Source: an uncultured Gammaproteobacteria bacterium (GTDB lineage: Bacteria > Pseudomonadota > Gammaproteobacteria > CAWCPV01). From it: a DNA stretch of 64,000 nt. The notes below the pieces were generated by a model. That model was given only the letters and a program-made list of their open reading frames with translations, had not been told where the DNA came from and ran no database searches. Below, piece after piece: positions 43,881 to 58,970 of the stretch (positions are counted from its first letter, which is position 1; every line of letters starts with the position of its first letter). Both the position numbers and the translations under genes were made by a program. The stretch covers positions 1-64,000 of the forward strand of contig CAWCPV010000011.1 of NCBI GenBank assembly GCA_963797555.1, written 5' to 3'.

Positions 43881-45122
43881 CTATTCGGGTCCATGCGCAG
43901 CCCGGTCGCCTGAGAGCTTGTGAATAAATCGGCTGCGGGCTCTTTCATCCATATTCAGGATCTTCACTGTGTACACGTTCTCTATCAGACCTTGATCCGT
44001 TTCGCGATACAGAGCATTCCGATCTCGGAGCACGTCGACGGCTAGCGGAACCCTCTTGTCCAGGGCGTAGCCGAAGGCACCTGTCACGGAGACGAGGATG
44101 AGGCCGTAGATCAACACGCGCGGTCGCGTGGACTTACCCTGCACGGCATTCTCGGTCGTGTAGCGGATCAGCCCCTTGGGATAGCCCATCTTCTCCATGA
44201 CATCGTTGCAGGCGTCGATGCACGCGGCGCAGGCGATGCACTGATACTGCAGCCCGTTGCGGATAACTATGCCGGTGGGGCAAACCTGCACGCACATCGT
44301 GCAGTCGATGCAGTCGCCCAGGCCCAAGATGCGGTGATCGGCGCCGCGCCGGCGCGACCCGCGCGGCTCGCCCCGGCCCTCATCGTAGGACACGATGAGT
44401 GTGTCCTTGTCGAACATCGCGCTCTGAAAGCGCGCATATGGGCACATGTAGACGCACACCTGTTCCCGCATCCAGCCGGCGTTGAGGTAGGTGGCGAAGC
44501 CGTAGAACAGCACCCAGAAGGTCTCCCAATGTCCGGTGCTGGAGGTGAGGATCTCGTGAGCCAGATCCTGGATGGGGGTGAAGCACCCCACGAAAGTGAA
44601 CCCCGTGAACAGCGAAAACAGCAGCCACACCGCGTGCTTGGTCCCCCGGACTAGCGCCTTGTGCGGGCCCCACGGGAGCCCGTCGAGCTTCATCTGCTTG
44701 GCGCGATCGCCCTCTATCTTGCGCTCCAGCCACATGAAGACCTCGGTCCACACGGTTTGCGGACAGGCGTACCCGCACCAGACGCGCCCTGCCAGCGCCG
44801 TAAAGAAAAACAGGGACAGGGCCGCGATGATCAGGAGCAGCGTGAGAAAGAAGAAATCCTGCGGCTAGAATACCCAGTCGAAGACATAGAACTTGCGGTT
44901 CGGGAGGTCGAACAGCACCGCCTGCCGCCCTCGCCACGTCACCCAGGCCAGACCGTAATAGGTTCCGAGAAGGAGCACGACAGCCATGACCCGCAGCAGC
45001 GCGAAGATGCCGTGGACCTCGCGCGGGTAAATTTTCTGACGCTTGGCGTAAAGCTCCTGCTCGAGCTGAACGTCAGGCGGCTCTTGCGCCCTTGTCGCGA
45101 CCTTTGGCAGTGGCGTGTTCAT
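43881..45122 (-). pseudogene. ccoG: cbb3 oxidase accessory ferredoxin CcoG; internal TAG, C-terminus lost at a MITE end
   Basis: QKIYPREVHG, F*PQDFF (TAG at 44865-44867), GRVWCGYACPQTVW, CIDCTMCVQVCP; MITE end at 43914-43941. Confidence 0.9.
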
Positions 45123-45348
45123 GGCGGTGGTGGAGGCTGCGGGAGACCACTGTCCCGTCGGGTGCGTCAGGGGCTGGCTCGGGCTGCTCCGCGTGGACGG
45201 GAGTGCCGACTACCATCAGCCGAAGCGGGAGCCGAATGCGCGCAGCGTACGGGGAGCGGACGCGACATCAGGCGTTGGGTTGCATTACAGCAGTACGTCA
45301 CCGGGTGCTTTCCGGGTAGGGACGGAGGCGCGGGCTCCATTCTGCTTA

Positions 45349-46252
45349 TCAAGGTTTGTGCGACAGGCTGTAGACGTATGCCGCCAGAAGATGCACTCTG
45401 GGCTCGCCCAGGAACTGCCGAAAGGCCGGCATTTGACCCTTGCGACCGTGCAGGATGGTCTCCCTGATGACCTGGGGTGAGCCGCCGTACAACCAGATGG
45501 TGTCGGTCAGGTTCGGGGCACCGATGGCCTGGTTGCCTTTTCCGTCCAGGCCGTGGAGCCGGCGCAGAAGACGAATTTCTGCTTCCCGGCAGCGACCTTC
45601 TGCCGATCGCCCGGCCGGCCCGACAAGCTCATCACATAGGCCACCAGATTGTCGAGATCGGTGTCGGTGAGGCCCAGGTCTTTGGCAGCGGGCATGCCGC
45701 CTCCGGCGCCAGCCACGCGCCCGTCCAGGATGGTCGTCTGGATGTCCTCCGGGGAGCCCCCCACAGCCAGTCGTGGTCGCGCAGATTGGGAAATCCCTTG
45801 GCCCCGCCGGCGTCCGACCCGTGGTAACTAGCGCAGTAAGTGACGAACAGGTGCTGCCCGATGTGTAGGGCTTGCGGGTCCCTGATAAGAGCCGGGAGTG
45901 CCTGTTTGGCGTATTCCTCGAACAGCGGCTCGTACTGCACTTTCGCCGCCTGCAACTCTTGTGCATATTGCTTGTCTTGACCCCATCCCAGGACACCGCC
46001 GAAGCGTCCCACACCCGGATACAGGAAGAGATAGAGCAGCCCGAAGACGATGGTGAGGTAGAACAAATACAGCCACCAGCGGGGAAGCGGGTTGTTGTAC
46101 TCCTTCAGATCTTCGTCCCATATATGCCCCGTGACCTCTCCTTTGGCGGATTCTCCCGCGCGCGGCCTCATGGTCCACGAGATCAGCCACAGGCAGGCCA
46201 GGATGTTGGCGAGGGTGACAACGGTGATGTACCAGCCGAGCGTGCCGCTCAT
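45349..46252 (-). pseudogene. ccoP: cbb3 oxidase subunit III CcoP; frameshifts and damaged heme motifs
   Basis: GHIWDEDLKEYNNPLPRWW; first motif reads CASYH; second motif frameshifted; GAPNLTDTIWLYGGS. Confidence 0.9.
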
Positions 46253-46443
46253 TCCGAGTCTCCTTCATGATTTCGGAGGGTTTTTTCGTGGCGAACGCGA
46301 TCAGCGTCCGCTAACGGCAGGTGGGCCGCCTCGTCGAAGGCCTTTCTGCGCCTCTTACTGTAGGCCCAGATCACGACCCCGATGAACACGACGGGGGTGA
46401 GAACGGCGAACAGCGTGCGCAGGGCCATGACCAGATCCATGTC
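46249..46443 (-). CDS. ccoQ: cbb3 oxidase subunit CcoQ
   Basis: [25 protein letters not shown]; position between ccoO and ccoP. Confidence 0.85.
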   Translation of the reverse strand, partial: DMDLVMALRTLFAVLTPVVFIGVVIWAYSKRRRKAFDEAAHLPLADADRVRHEKTLRNHEGDSE

Positions 46444-46445
46444 GC

Positions 46446-47050
46446 TCACTGCCGGTGGCGGTATACGCGCAGCCCCTGCAAATAGGCGACGAGGGCGTCC
46501 ATCTCGGAATGACCCTTGACCGCCGCTTGCGCCCCGGCGATGTCCTCATCGGTATAGGGGACCCCGAGAATCCGCGGACTTTCATCTTGTGGGCTGTCTG
46601 ACTGCCGTCCAGCAGGTTCTGCGCGAGCCAAGGGAATCCCGGCATGTTGGATTCGGGAACCACGTCTCGCGGGTTCATCAGGTGTACGCGGTGCCAGTCG
46701 TCGCTGTACCGCCCGCCGACTCGCGCCAAGTCCGGCCCGGTGCGCTTGGAGCCCCAGAGAAACGGATGGTCATAGACGAACTCGCCTGCCACCGAGTATG
46801 GCCCGTAGCGTTCAGTCTCGGCCCGGAAGGGACGGATCATCTGCGAATGACAGACATTGCATCCCTCGTGGATGTACACGTCACGGCCTTCCAACTCCAG
46901 CGCCGGGTACGGCTTGAGCCCCTCGATAGGCTGCGTGGTCTCCTTGAGGAAAAACAGCGGGAGGATCTCGACGAGCCCGCCCACGCTCACCAGCGCGAGG
47001 ATGAGCAGCGCCATAAGGCCGACGTTCTTCTCGACTACCTCGTGACTCAC
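46446..47050 (-). pseudogene. ccoO: cbb3 oxidase subunit II CcoO; frameshift near 46575
   Basis: [36 protein letters not shown]; C-terminus [12 protein letters not shown] in another frame. Confidence 0.9.
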
Positions 47051-47064
47051 GGCATTCCCCTCCT

Positions 47065-47247
47065 TCAGGCGGGCTGCGGCACGGCTACCGCTGCGGGCTT
47101 GGCTCCGGCGACCGTCTTCCAGACGTTGTACGCCATCAGCAGCATCCCGCTCAGGAACACCACGCCGCCCAAAAAGCGCACATAGTAGAAGGGGTACACC
47201 CGCGCGAGCGACTCCACGAAGCTGTAAGTGAGGGTGCCGTCGTCGTT
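47065..47247 (-). pseudogene. ccoN: cbb3 oxidase subunit I CcoN, last ~60 codons only
   Basis: [14 protein letters not shown]...[23 protein letters not shown]. Confidence 0.88.
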
Positions 47248-48764
47248 GGGCGGCGTACGGCGCCAGTGTGTGGGCGACCGTGAGTGGCCGGGGGCGGTCT
47301 ATTTCGATGCGGTGACTATGTTCACGTTCTTTCTCTTGACCGCCCGCCATCTGGAGATGGCTGCCCGGCACCGCGCGCTGCGCACCACCGAGGCCTTGGC
47401 CCGGTTGGTGCCCCTCATGGCGCGTCGCATCGAAGGCGGGAACGACGAGTTGGTCCCGGCGGCTGAGCTCATGACGGGTGACAGGGTGCTGATCCGGCCC
47501 GGAGAAAGCATCCCCGCCGACGGCACTGTCCTGGAGGGCAGCAGCACCGTGGACGAGGGCCTGATCACCGGTGAGAGCCTGCCTCGCCCAAGGCGCGATG
47601 GAGACAGCTTGGTGGCGGGCTCGGTCAACCGCGAAGGTCCCCTCGTCATGCGGGTCGTCAAGGCGGGATCGGAGACCCTGCTGTCATCGATTATCCGTCT
47701 GCTCGATCGGGCACAGGCCGAGAAGCCCGCCGTTGCGCGGCTCGCGGACCGCGTGGCCGGGTGGTTTGTGCACGCCATCGAGGCCCTGGCGCGCGCAACC
47801 CACGTGGTCTTCGACAAGACCGGGACGCTCACCGAGGGCGCATTCAAGCTGGAGGAGGTGGTGCCGCTACGCGATCTCCCGGTCCGAGAGGCATTGGAGA
47901 TCGCTGCCGCTCTCGATCACCGTTCCGAACATCCGATCGCGAAGGCGTTGCTGTGTGCGAGCCATGGATCTCTGGAAGCACTGGGGGTCCACGTGACGCC
48001 CGGGGAGGGTGTCACGGGGGTAGGTCTGCGGGCGCCGGTTCCGGTTGGGGACGGCCGCGTTCGCAAATGTGGCGGCCGACGCCGGGAGGGCGCCGCCGGC
48101 TCCAGGCGCGGGCGACGAAGCCACCTGGGTGGCTTTGGGGGACGACCGTGGACTGTTGGCTTGGTTCGGCTTCAGTGATCCGCTGCGCCCCGATGCTGTG
48201 GATGCCGTTCGGTCCCTGAAGCGGGAGGGTGTCAACGTCGCGTTGCTCAGCGGCGACGGAGAAGGAGTCGTGGCACGGGTGGCGCTCTCCGTCGGCATCG
48301 CTGGGGCGTGGGCTCGGCTGACCCCGGAAGCCAAGCTCGGGCGGCTCCGCGAGCTGCAGCGACAAGGGGCCTGCGTCGTCATCCATCGTGGGGGACGGCG
48401 TCAACGACGCCCCGGCAATAGCCGGTGCCCATGCCTCTCAGTCGCGATGGGCAGCGGTGCGGAGTTAGCGCAGGCCAGTGCCGACATGGTCTTGCCGGGC
48501 AGGCTCACCGACATCTCGGCTGCCATTCGGACGGCGCGCCGGACGCTCCGGGTAATCCGCCAGAACCTGGCCTGGGCTGTCGGATACAATCTGCTGGCGC
48601 TGCCCCTGGCCTGCGCGGGCTACGTCGCGCCATGGATGACCGCGCTCGGTATGTCCGCCGGCTCTCTGGCAGTGGTTCTGAACGCCCTGCGCTTAGTACG
48701 GGACAACGGCCCGAAGGCTGACACCGGTCCCCGCGCCGGTCTGCCCGCGCCCGCTCCCAGCTAG
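47248..48764 (+). pseudogene. ccoI: Heavy-metal P1B ATPase CcoI; 5' end and CPC region deleted, frameshifts
   Basis: [27 protein letters not shown] (split), QNLAWA; WFV is joined directly to HAIE. Confidence 0.85.
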
Positions 48765-48776
48765 CCCGCGGATCCC

Positions 48777-48944
48777 ATGGAGATTCTCTACCTGCTGATC
48801 CCATTGGCCGCCGCGGCGCTGCTGTGGGCGATCCGCAGCGGCCAGTACGACGACTTGGAGGGTCCAGCTTACCGCATTCTGCTGGACGAGGACGAAGACG
48901 CCGATCACCAGAGCCGTCCGCCGGAAGACGGGCGAGCATCCTAA
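48777..48944 (+). CDS. ccoS: cbb3 maturation protein CcoS (shortened TM segment)
   Basis: MEILYLLIPL...WAIRSGQYDDLEGPAYRILLD (translated by hand). Confidence 0.85.
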   Translation: MEILYLLIPLAAAALLWAIRSGQYDDLEGPAYRILLDEDEDADHQSRPPEDGRAS

Positions 48945-49090
48945 CCGCTCACCGGGAGATTCGCCGCCCCAAAATACAAGAACACTGGAGGCGCCACGCC
49001 CGCGCCGCTCCCTTCACTCCGCCGGCAGGCGGCCGCGGGAGACAAAGAGCGCCTGCGGCGTATTTTCTTCAGGCTATTATGGCGCTGGCT

Positions 49091-49972
<882 letters not shown>

Positions 49973-50019
49973 AGGCAACTTCGACCTCCTCATGTGGCTC
50001 GCCGCGCCCGGTGCCAATC

Positions 50020-50046
50020 TTAGCACTCTATTCCAGTGAGTGCTAA
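50020..50046. promoter_or_regulatory. CIRCE (HrcA operator)
   Basis: TTAGCACTC-TATTCCAGT-GAGTGCTAA: perfect consensus with 9-bp spacer, 47 bp upstream of rpoH. Confidence 0.92.
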
Positions 50047-50089
50047 ACTGCTGAAAAGTTCAACCCGACCGCAGGGCATGCCGCTCTCG

Positions 50090-50335
50090 ACGGGGCGCCA
50101 ATGGCCATTATCCCGTCCATTTGCTGGAGCCATTGCCGCGCTGCCAGAAGCCGTGATGCCAGGTCGGCGCGAACGCTCCGGCCCTGGGTCGGCTGCTGGA
50201 TGAGGAGCTTGAGCCGGGGGTTCTGGGCGGTACCCGGATGGCCGGGGAGAAGGACGGCTCACCGGCTCCGAAGTCGAAGTTGACGGGGGCTCAAGGCGCG
50301 GGGGAGCCCCTGCCGACGTTGATGAACCGTATCAC
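50090..50335 (-). pseudogene. ftsE: Relic of ftsE (possibly with an ftsX trace)
   Basis: VIRFINVGR overlapping the ftsY stop, VNFDFGAGE, GHPGTAQNPRLKLLIQQPTQGR (eroded Walker A region). Confidence 0.6.
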
Positions 50336-51306
50336 TGGTCCTCTGCGACCATCAGGGCGTCCACGAACTCCTCGGCGTCGAATACCCTCAGGTCCTCAAT
50401 ATCCTCCCCGACGCCGATGAAGCGGATGGGGATGCCCAAGCGTTTGGCGATCGCGAAGATGATGCCGCCCTTGGCAGTCCCGTCAAGCTTGGTGAGGGTG
50501 ATTCCCGTGACACCGACCGTCTCCCGGAACTGGACCGCTTGGTTCAGGCCGTTCTGACCCGTGCCGGCGTCGAGAATGAGCATCACCTCGTGGGGCGCAG
50601 TGGGGTCGAGCTTCTGAACGACGCGTCGCACCTTTTTCAGCTCCTCCATCAGGTTGGTCTTGGTGTGCAAACGCCCTGCCGTGTCGGCGATAACCACGTC
50701 GATGCCGCGCGCCCGGGCGGCCTGGACGGCGTCGAAGATCACCGAGGCGGAGTCCGCCCCGCTGTGCTGGGCGATGACCGGGATCGCGTTCCGCCGCCCC
50801 CATGCCTCGAGCTGCTCCATGGCGGCCGCGCGAAATGTGTCTCCAGCGGCCAGCAGGACCGACCGGCCTTCATCTGCGAGACGGTGGGCAAGCTTTCCGA
50901 TGGTGGTGGTCTTGCCGGAGCCGTTGACCCCAACCATCAGGATGATGAACGGCCGCACCTCCTGTGGAACATCCAGCGGCTTGGCGCAAGGGCGTAGGAT
51001 GGCGAGCATGTCTTCGCGCAACGCCGAGAATAGGCCCTGCGGATCGCGCAGCAGTTTGCGGCTGACGCGCCCGCCGAGATCGCCGATGATCTGCTGCGTC
51101 GCCTCCACACCCACGTCGGCAAGGAGCAACTGCGTCTCCACCGCCTCCAGCAGCTCTGCGTCGACCTCGGTCTTGCCGATCACCAGCCGCGCCAAGCCTT
51201 CGATGAGGCTATGGCGCGTCCGTCGGAGCCGCTCACGCAGCCGTGCCAAGCGCCCGGCGGGCGCATCTCCCGAGGCTGCGATCTTGTCTTTCTTGAAACC
51301 AAACAC
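50332..51306 (-). CDS. ftsY: SRP receptor FtsY (short, NG domain only)
   Basis: GVNGSGKTTT, DTFRAAA, DTAGRLHT, TKLDGTAKGG. Confidence 0.96.
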   Translation of the reverse strand: MFGFKKDKIAASGDAPAGRLARLRERLRRTRHSLIEGLARLVIGKTEVDAELLEAVETQLLLADVGVEATQQIIGDLGGRVSRKLLRDPQGLFSALREDMLAILRPCAKPLDVPQEVRPFIILMVGVNGSGKTTTIGKLAHRLADEGRSVLLAAGDTFRAAAMEQLEAWGRRNAIPVIAQHSGADSASVIFDAVQAARARGIDVVIADTAGRLHTKTNLMEELKKVRRVVQKLDPTAPHEVMLILDAGTGQNGLNQAVQFRETVGVTGITLTKLDGTAKGGIIFAIAKRLGIPIRFIGVGEDIEDLRVFDAEEFVDALMVAEDQ

Positions 51307-51399
51307 TGTCTGCTGTGGTGTTCTCGGCACGATCTGAAATCGAGTTATCCTAACATCGCTACCGGTCCCGGTTAAGACCGGCGGCACGTCGGAGGGGGT

Positions 51400-51901
51400 C
51401 TTCTTGTCATGGCAAGGCGGTTCGGCACATGCGGCTTGTGGGCGTGCATCCCGGGTGCTGGCGGCGCCGCAGAGCTCAGAGCTTGTGAAGAAATCGTCGC
51501 GAGCGGCCCGAGAGCGAGGCGCACGGAGCGCAGCGACGAGACATATCAAGTAGATAGGCGAGGAGCGACCGAATGGCAGGACAGCTATTCGGCACGTCCG
51601 CAGGACGCCCCGAAGGGGTGGCGTACAGGGAGGTTCGCCATGAGCACCGCGCAACGCTGCTATCGGGACGCGTAGCAGATTTATTCACAAGCTCTCACCC
51701 GAGAGTTCCTCCTGGACGACGGTCTGAAGCTCATCACCAAGTTCGATCACCGCGGCGTTGGTGGTGATTTGTGTTCTGAATGCTGTCATCGGGTGAATGG
51801 GCGACTTGGAGCAGGTGACGATAGAGGATGTGCGGCGCTGGTACCGCAGGACGCGTTCCGACGCCGCATCCATTCGGGCCGCTGGGTGCCGGTGAGCGTG
51901 G

Positions 51902-51924
<23 letters not shown>
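51400..51924 (+). pseudogene. Collapsed relic of two M16 zinc peptidase genes
   Basis: ELTREFLLDDGLKLITKFDHR, IG*MGDLEQVTIEDVRRWY, QDAFRRRIHSGRWVPVSVGG; interrupted by a MITE. Confidence 0.65.
51479..51694. mobile_element. MITE, full-length 216-bp copy
   Basis: IRs GAGCTTGTGAAGAAATC / GATTTATTCACAAGCTC; TCA duplicated at 51476-51478 and 51695-51697. Confidence 0.9.
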
Positions 51925-52946
<1,022 letters not shown>

Positions 52947-52979
52947 ACTGGCAGCCCGAGTTCGTTTTAACCTTTTTGA

Positions 52980-55005
<2,026 letters not shown>

Positions 55006-55024
<19 letters not shown>

Positions 55025-56076
55025 GCGCCGTCCGGCGGCGGACGGAACCGCGTGGTGTCGAGCGGCGTCCGCGCACGGTTCAGCCCGAGCCGCCTGCGGG
55101 ACAGCTCGAAGCGCTTGCGGATGATCTCTGCATACTGGCCCGTACCGGTCATCCGTCTGCCGAACCGGGAATCGTGGGCGTTCCCGCCGTGGCATTCGCG
55201 CACCAGCGCCAGGATCCGCTTTGCCTTGAGCGGTGCGTGGTGCCCGAGCCACTCCTCGAACAGCGCCTCCACCTCCAAAGGAAGCCGCAGCAGCACGTAT
55301 CCGGCCGCGCTGGCCCGCGCGGCGGCGCAAGCCCCGAGGACGGCTTCCAGCTCGTGGTCATTCAGGCCCGGAATCACCGGGGCGACCAGCACGCCGGCCG
55401 GAATGCCCGCCGCGGCCAGCCGCTGCAGTGTCTGCAGACGCCGCTCCGGCGACGCGGCCCGCGGCTCCAGGCGGCGCGCCAGTCCGCGGTCGAGGGTGCT
55501 GAGAGAGACGAACACTTCTGCCAGGTTCTGGACGGCCATGGCGGACAGCAGGTCTTGGTCACGTTCCACGAGAGACGACTTGGTGGTGATGGTGACCGGG
55601 TGGCCGCAGGCGGCGAGCACTTCGAGGATGCGGCGCGTCACCTGCCAGGTCCGCTCGACCGGCTGGTAAGGGTCGGTATTGGTGCCGAGCGCGATGGGTT
55701 GGCAGCGGTACCCCGGCTGACGCAACTCCTGGACCAGCAAGCTGGCCGCCTCGGGCTTGACGAACAGGCGGCTTTCGAAGTCCAGGCCCGGAGATAGGCC
55801 CAGATAGGCATGGGTGGGGCGAGCGTAGCAGTAAACGCAGCCGTGCTCGCAACCCCGGTAGGGATTGATGGAGCGGTCGAAGGGGACGTCGGGCGATTGG
55901 TTGCGAGCGATGACTGTGCGTGCCTGGTCCCGCTGCACGGTGGTCTTCAGCGCGGGTGCCTGCGCATCCGCCTCGTTCCAGCCGTCGTCTTCCGGTTGAC
56001 AGACCGTGGTGTCGAACCGGCACGCGGGGTTGCTGGCGGCGCCCCGTCCCTTGGACGGCGTCCTGCTCCACGTCAT
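55006..56076 (-). CDS. PA0069/Rv2578c-family radical SAM protein
   Basis: SINPYRGCEHGCVYCYARPTH, GTNTDPYQP. Confidence 0.92.
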
Positions 56077-56241
56077 TGGCCGATTCTAGCACGCTTATCC
56101 GTGTTCCCCTGGCGCGCCGGCCGTTCTCGCACCCCAAAGGTGTAGAATCGGGCTGTGGTGACCGCGCGAGTCGACGCCTGCGGCCCGGGATGCGTCGCCG
56201 AGGCGATCGGCTTTGGTGGAGCGGCGCGAAAGGAGGAGCGT

Positions 56242-56970
56242 ATGGTTGCCGGCAACGAACAAGTCATCAAACAGGTCCAGGCTGCCCTCGAGCTCGATCC
56301 CCGCATCAATCAGCACAAATCTCCGATACGTATGAGCTTCACGGGAGGCATCCTCACCCTCGAGGGCACCGTGGAGCACATCGCCGCCAAGCGGCGTGCG
56401 GTGCAGCTCGCCCGCACCGTGCCAGACGTGATCGTGGTCCAGGACCTCTTGCGGGTGCGGCCCTCCAACGTCTCCGGGGATGCCGCCATGCGCGACAGGG
56501 TCTGCAACGCCTTATTGCAGGAGCCGGCCTTCGGTTACTTCGGCGTCAACACGTGGCTCAAAGGAGCCCGCCAGGTCCTGAGGCAGGCGGTGGACGAGCA
56601 AGGGTGTTACTTCGAGGTACAGGTGCGCGATGGCGTCGTGACCCTGCAGGGTCGCGCTGGGAGCCTGTCTCACAAACGCCTGGCAGGGGTGCTGGCATGG
56701 TGGGTCGGCAGCCAGGACGTGCTCAACCAGACGGAGATCGACCCGCCCGAAGAGGATAACGACGACGAGCTGACGGATGCCGTCCGCTTGGCTCTGGAGA
56801 AGGACCCCTTCCTGAAGGGGACGGAGCTGAGCGTCCGCACGCGGGACCGTGTGGTGGCGCTGCACGGCGCGGTGCACGGCGAGACGGATCGCGAGCTGGC
56901 GGAGGCCGACGCCTGGTACGTGGACGGAGTGGACGGCGTCGACAACCACCTCGTGGTGCGGCCCGCATGA
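56242..56970 (+). CDS. Multi-BON-domain protein
   Basis: Three BON-like repeats (LTLEGTV, VVTLQG, VALHGAV...GVDGVDNHL); AGGAGG RBS. Confidence 0.85.
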   Translation: MVAGNEQVIKQVQAALELDPRINQHKSPIRMSFTGGILTLEGTVEHIAAKRRAVQLARTVPDVIVVQDLLRVRPSNVSGDAAMRDRVCNALLQEPAFGYFGVNTWLKGARQVLRQAVDEQGCYFEVQVRDGVVTLQGRAGSLSHKRLAGVLAWWVGSQDVLNQTEIDPPEEDNDDELTDAVRLALEKDPFLKGTELSVRTRDRVVALHGAVHGETDRELAEADAWYVDGVDGVDNHLVVRPA

Positions 56971-57069
56971 GGTGCTCGGCTGGCTACGCGCGCCTATAGC
57001 GCCCAGCGGCCGCGACAACGCCGTAGCAACCAAGGGGCGGCCTGCGCCGGGGGAGGGCGCGCCTGACCG

Positions 57070-57744
57070 ATGCCCATCAAGGACTGGCCGGCCGGGGAAC
57101 GGCCGCGGGAGAAGCTGCTGCAGCAAGGGCCGCAGGCCCTGTCGGACGCGGAGCTGCTGGCCATCTTCCTGCGCACCGGGATGCGCGGCAAGAGCGCCGT
57201 CGACTTGGCCCGCGACCTGCTGTCCAGCTACGGCGGCCTCCGCGCCCTGCTCCAGGCCGATTGGCGCACCTTCTGCCAGGCGCCCGGCCTGGGCATGGCC
57301 AAGTACAGTCAGTTGCAGGCGGCCTTGGAGATTTCCCGGCGCTACCTCCTGGAGTTACTCCAGCGGGAGGATGTCCTCACCAGCCCGGAGGTGGCCCGCA
57401 GCTACCTGACCGCGCGGCTGCGCGACCGGCCCCATGAGGTCTTCGCCTGTCTGTTCCTGGACAACCGACATCGGGTCATCTGCTTCGAAGAGCTGTTCCG
57501 GGGAACCATCGACGGGGCCACCGTGCACCCCCGGGAGGTCGTGAAGACCGCACTGGCGCACAATGCGGCGGCCGTCATCCTGGCGCACAATCACCCCTCC
57601 GGCGTGGCTGAGCCCAGCCGGGCCGACGAGATGCTCACCCGTCGACTCAAGGATGCGCTGGCGCTCGTAGACATCCGGGTGCTCGACCACATCGTTGTGG
57701 GGGAAGGGAACGCCGTCTCTCTCGCGGAGCGAGGCCTCCTTTAG
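57070..57744 (+). CDS. radC: RadC/JAB domain protein
   Basis: [29 protein letters not shown]. Confidence 0.96.
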   Translation: MPIKDWPAGERPREKLLQQGPQALSDAELLAIFLRTGMRGKSAVDLARDLLSSYGGLRALLQADWRTFCQAPGLGMAKYSQLQAALEISRRYLLELLQREDVLTSPEVARSYLTARLRDRPHEVFACLFLDNRHRVICFEELFRGTIDGATVHPREVVKTALAHNAAAVILAHNHPSGVAEPSRADEMLTRRLKDALALVDIRVLDHIVVGEGNAVSLAERGLL

Positions 57745-58074
57745 CGGCAGGCGCGGAGACGCCGGGGCTGGGGCGGCTCCGCGCCTGCGGCATCGCCGCA
57801 GGTGTCTTCCCGGCTGGGCCGCGGAAGCGTATGCCGGATCGACGCGGGCCGGTGCCGAGGGTATGGCTGGCGCACAGAATTGTCAATACGCGAACCATCC
57901 GGACTTAGGCGCTAGTGGTTCACGCACCGGTCATGCGCAAGAATTTAGGACGCGATATATAGCTCAACTTTAGATAGCAGCTACGTAAACGGTAGCCGCA
58001 ACAAGCCCCAGTGGCGCTCCGGGAAGCGGTCGCGGGTGACCGCGAGCCCCACCACGATTTGGGGCGCATCGCCG

Positions 58075-58262
58075 TGCCCGTTCTTGCTGTCGCCGTGCTT
58101 CCTCGGCGCCGCCTACGACAACGGGCAACCGGACGGAAATCCTGATGATCCACCTGGGCCGGCACAAGCGCGCGCCCGCCGATTACGACACCGCGGCCCT
58201 GGTCCGCGCCACCGACGGCTTCAGCGGCGCGGAGCTCGAAGAGGCGGTGGTCAATGCCACCG
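58075..58262 (+). pseudogene. AAA+ ATPase C-terminal lid fragment
   Basis: EILMIHL...LVRATDGFSGAELEEAVVNA. Confidence 0.6.
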
Positions 58263-58329
58263 CCGGGGGGACGGGGACTCCACTGTGCCGTATGGGGTGT
58301 CCTCCCGCGAGGGGCGATTGTCCGGACTG

Positions 58330-58755
58330 CTAGCCGTCGGTCTCAGTAACGGCGGCTCGCAGGCGCTTCTTGCGGCCGCAGCGGTGCTTGGCTGCCAGGG
58401 TCCGTTCCCGGGAGGCCGCGCTCGGGCGCGTCTTGCGGCGCGGTTTGGGCTTCTCGGTTGCCCGGCTGAGAAGGTTCTTGAGGCGTTCGAGGGCGTCTTG
58501 GCGGTTACGCTCCTGTGTCCGATGACGACGGGCGTCGATCACCAGAACCCCCTCCGCCGTCACCCGGCGTCCCGCCAGACGCAGCAACCGCGCCCGCACG
58601 TCCTCGGGAAGCGCTATGCAACGAACCACATGAAAGCGCAGTTGCACCGCGGTGGACACCTTGTTGACGTTCTGACCACCGGGTCCGGATGCCCGGATGA
58701 AACGGAGATCGATATCGTTTTCGGGGATGCTGAGGTTAGCGAGGACAAGCGTCAT
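58330..58755 (-). CDS. arfB: Alternative ribosome rescue factor B
   Basis: ASGPGGQNVNKVST, RTQERNR, basic C-terminal tail. Confidence 0.93.
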   Translation of the reverse strand: MTLVLANLSIPENDIDLRFIRASGPGGQNVNKVSTAVQLRFHVVRCIALPEDVRARLLRLAGRRVTAEGVLVIDARRHRTQERNRQDALERLKNLLSRATEKPKPRRKTRPSAASRERTLAAKHRCGRKKRLRAAVTETDG

Positions 58756-58970
58756 ATGAACAGCTTACACCATCGAAGTCGAGCGTCCTCTCGGCCCGAA
58801 GGCCGAGGAGCATCAGGTGTCGTGTTGGCGCCCAGCGGTCTCCACCGAAGCGGTCTGGCTAGAGGCCAGCCAACCCGGTCGCCCGGAGCCTGCGGGGCGG
58901 CTTGATGGTCAGGGCAGTCCCGCTCGCATGGCGATATCCAGACGGAGGGCGCGCGTTCGGGCCGGGGCAG

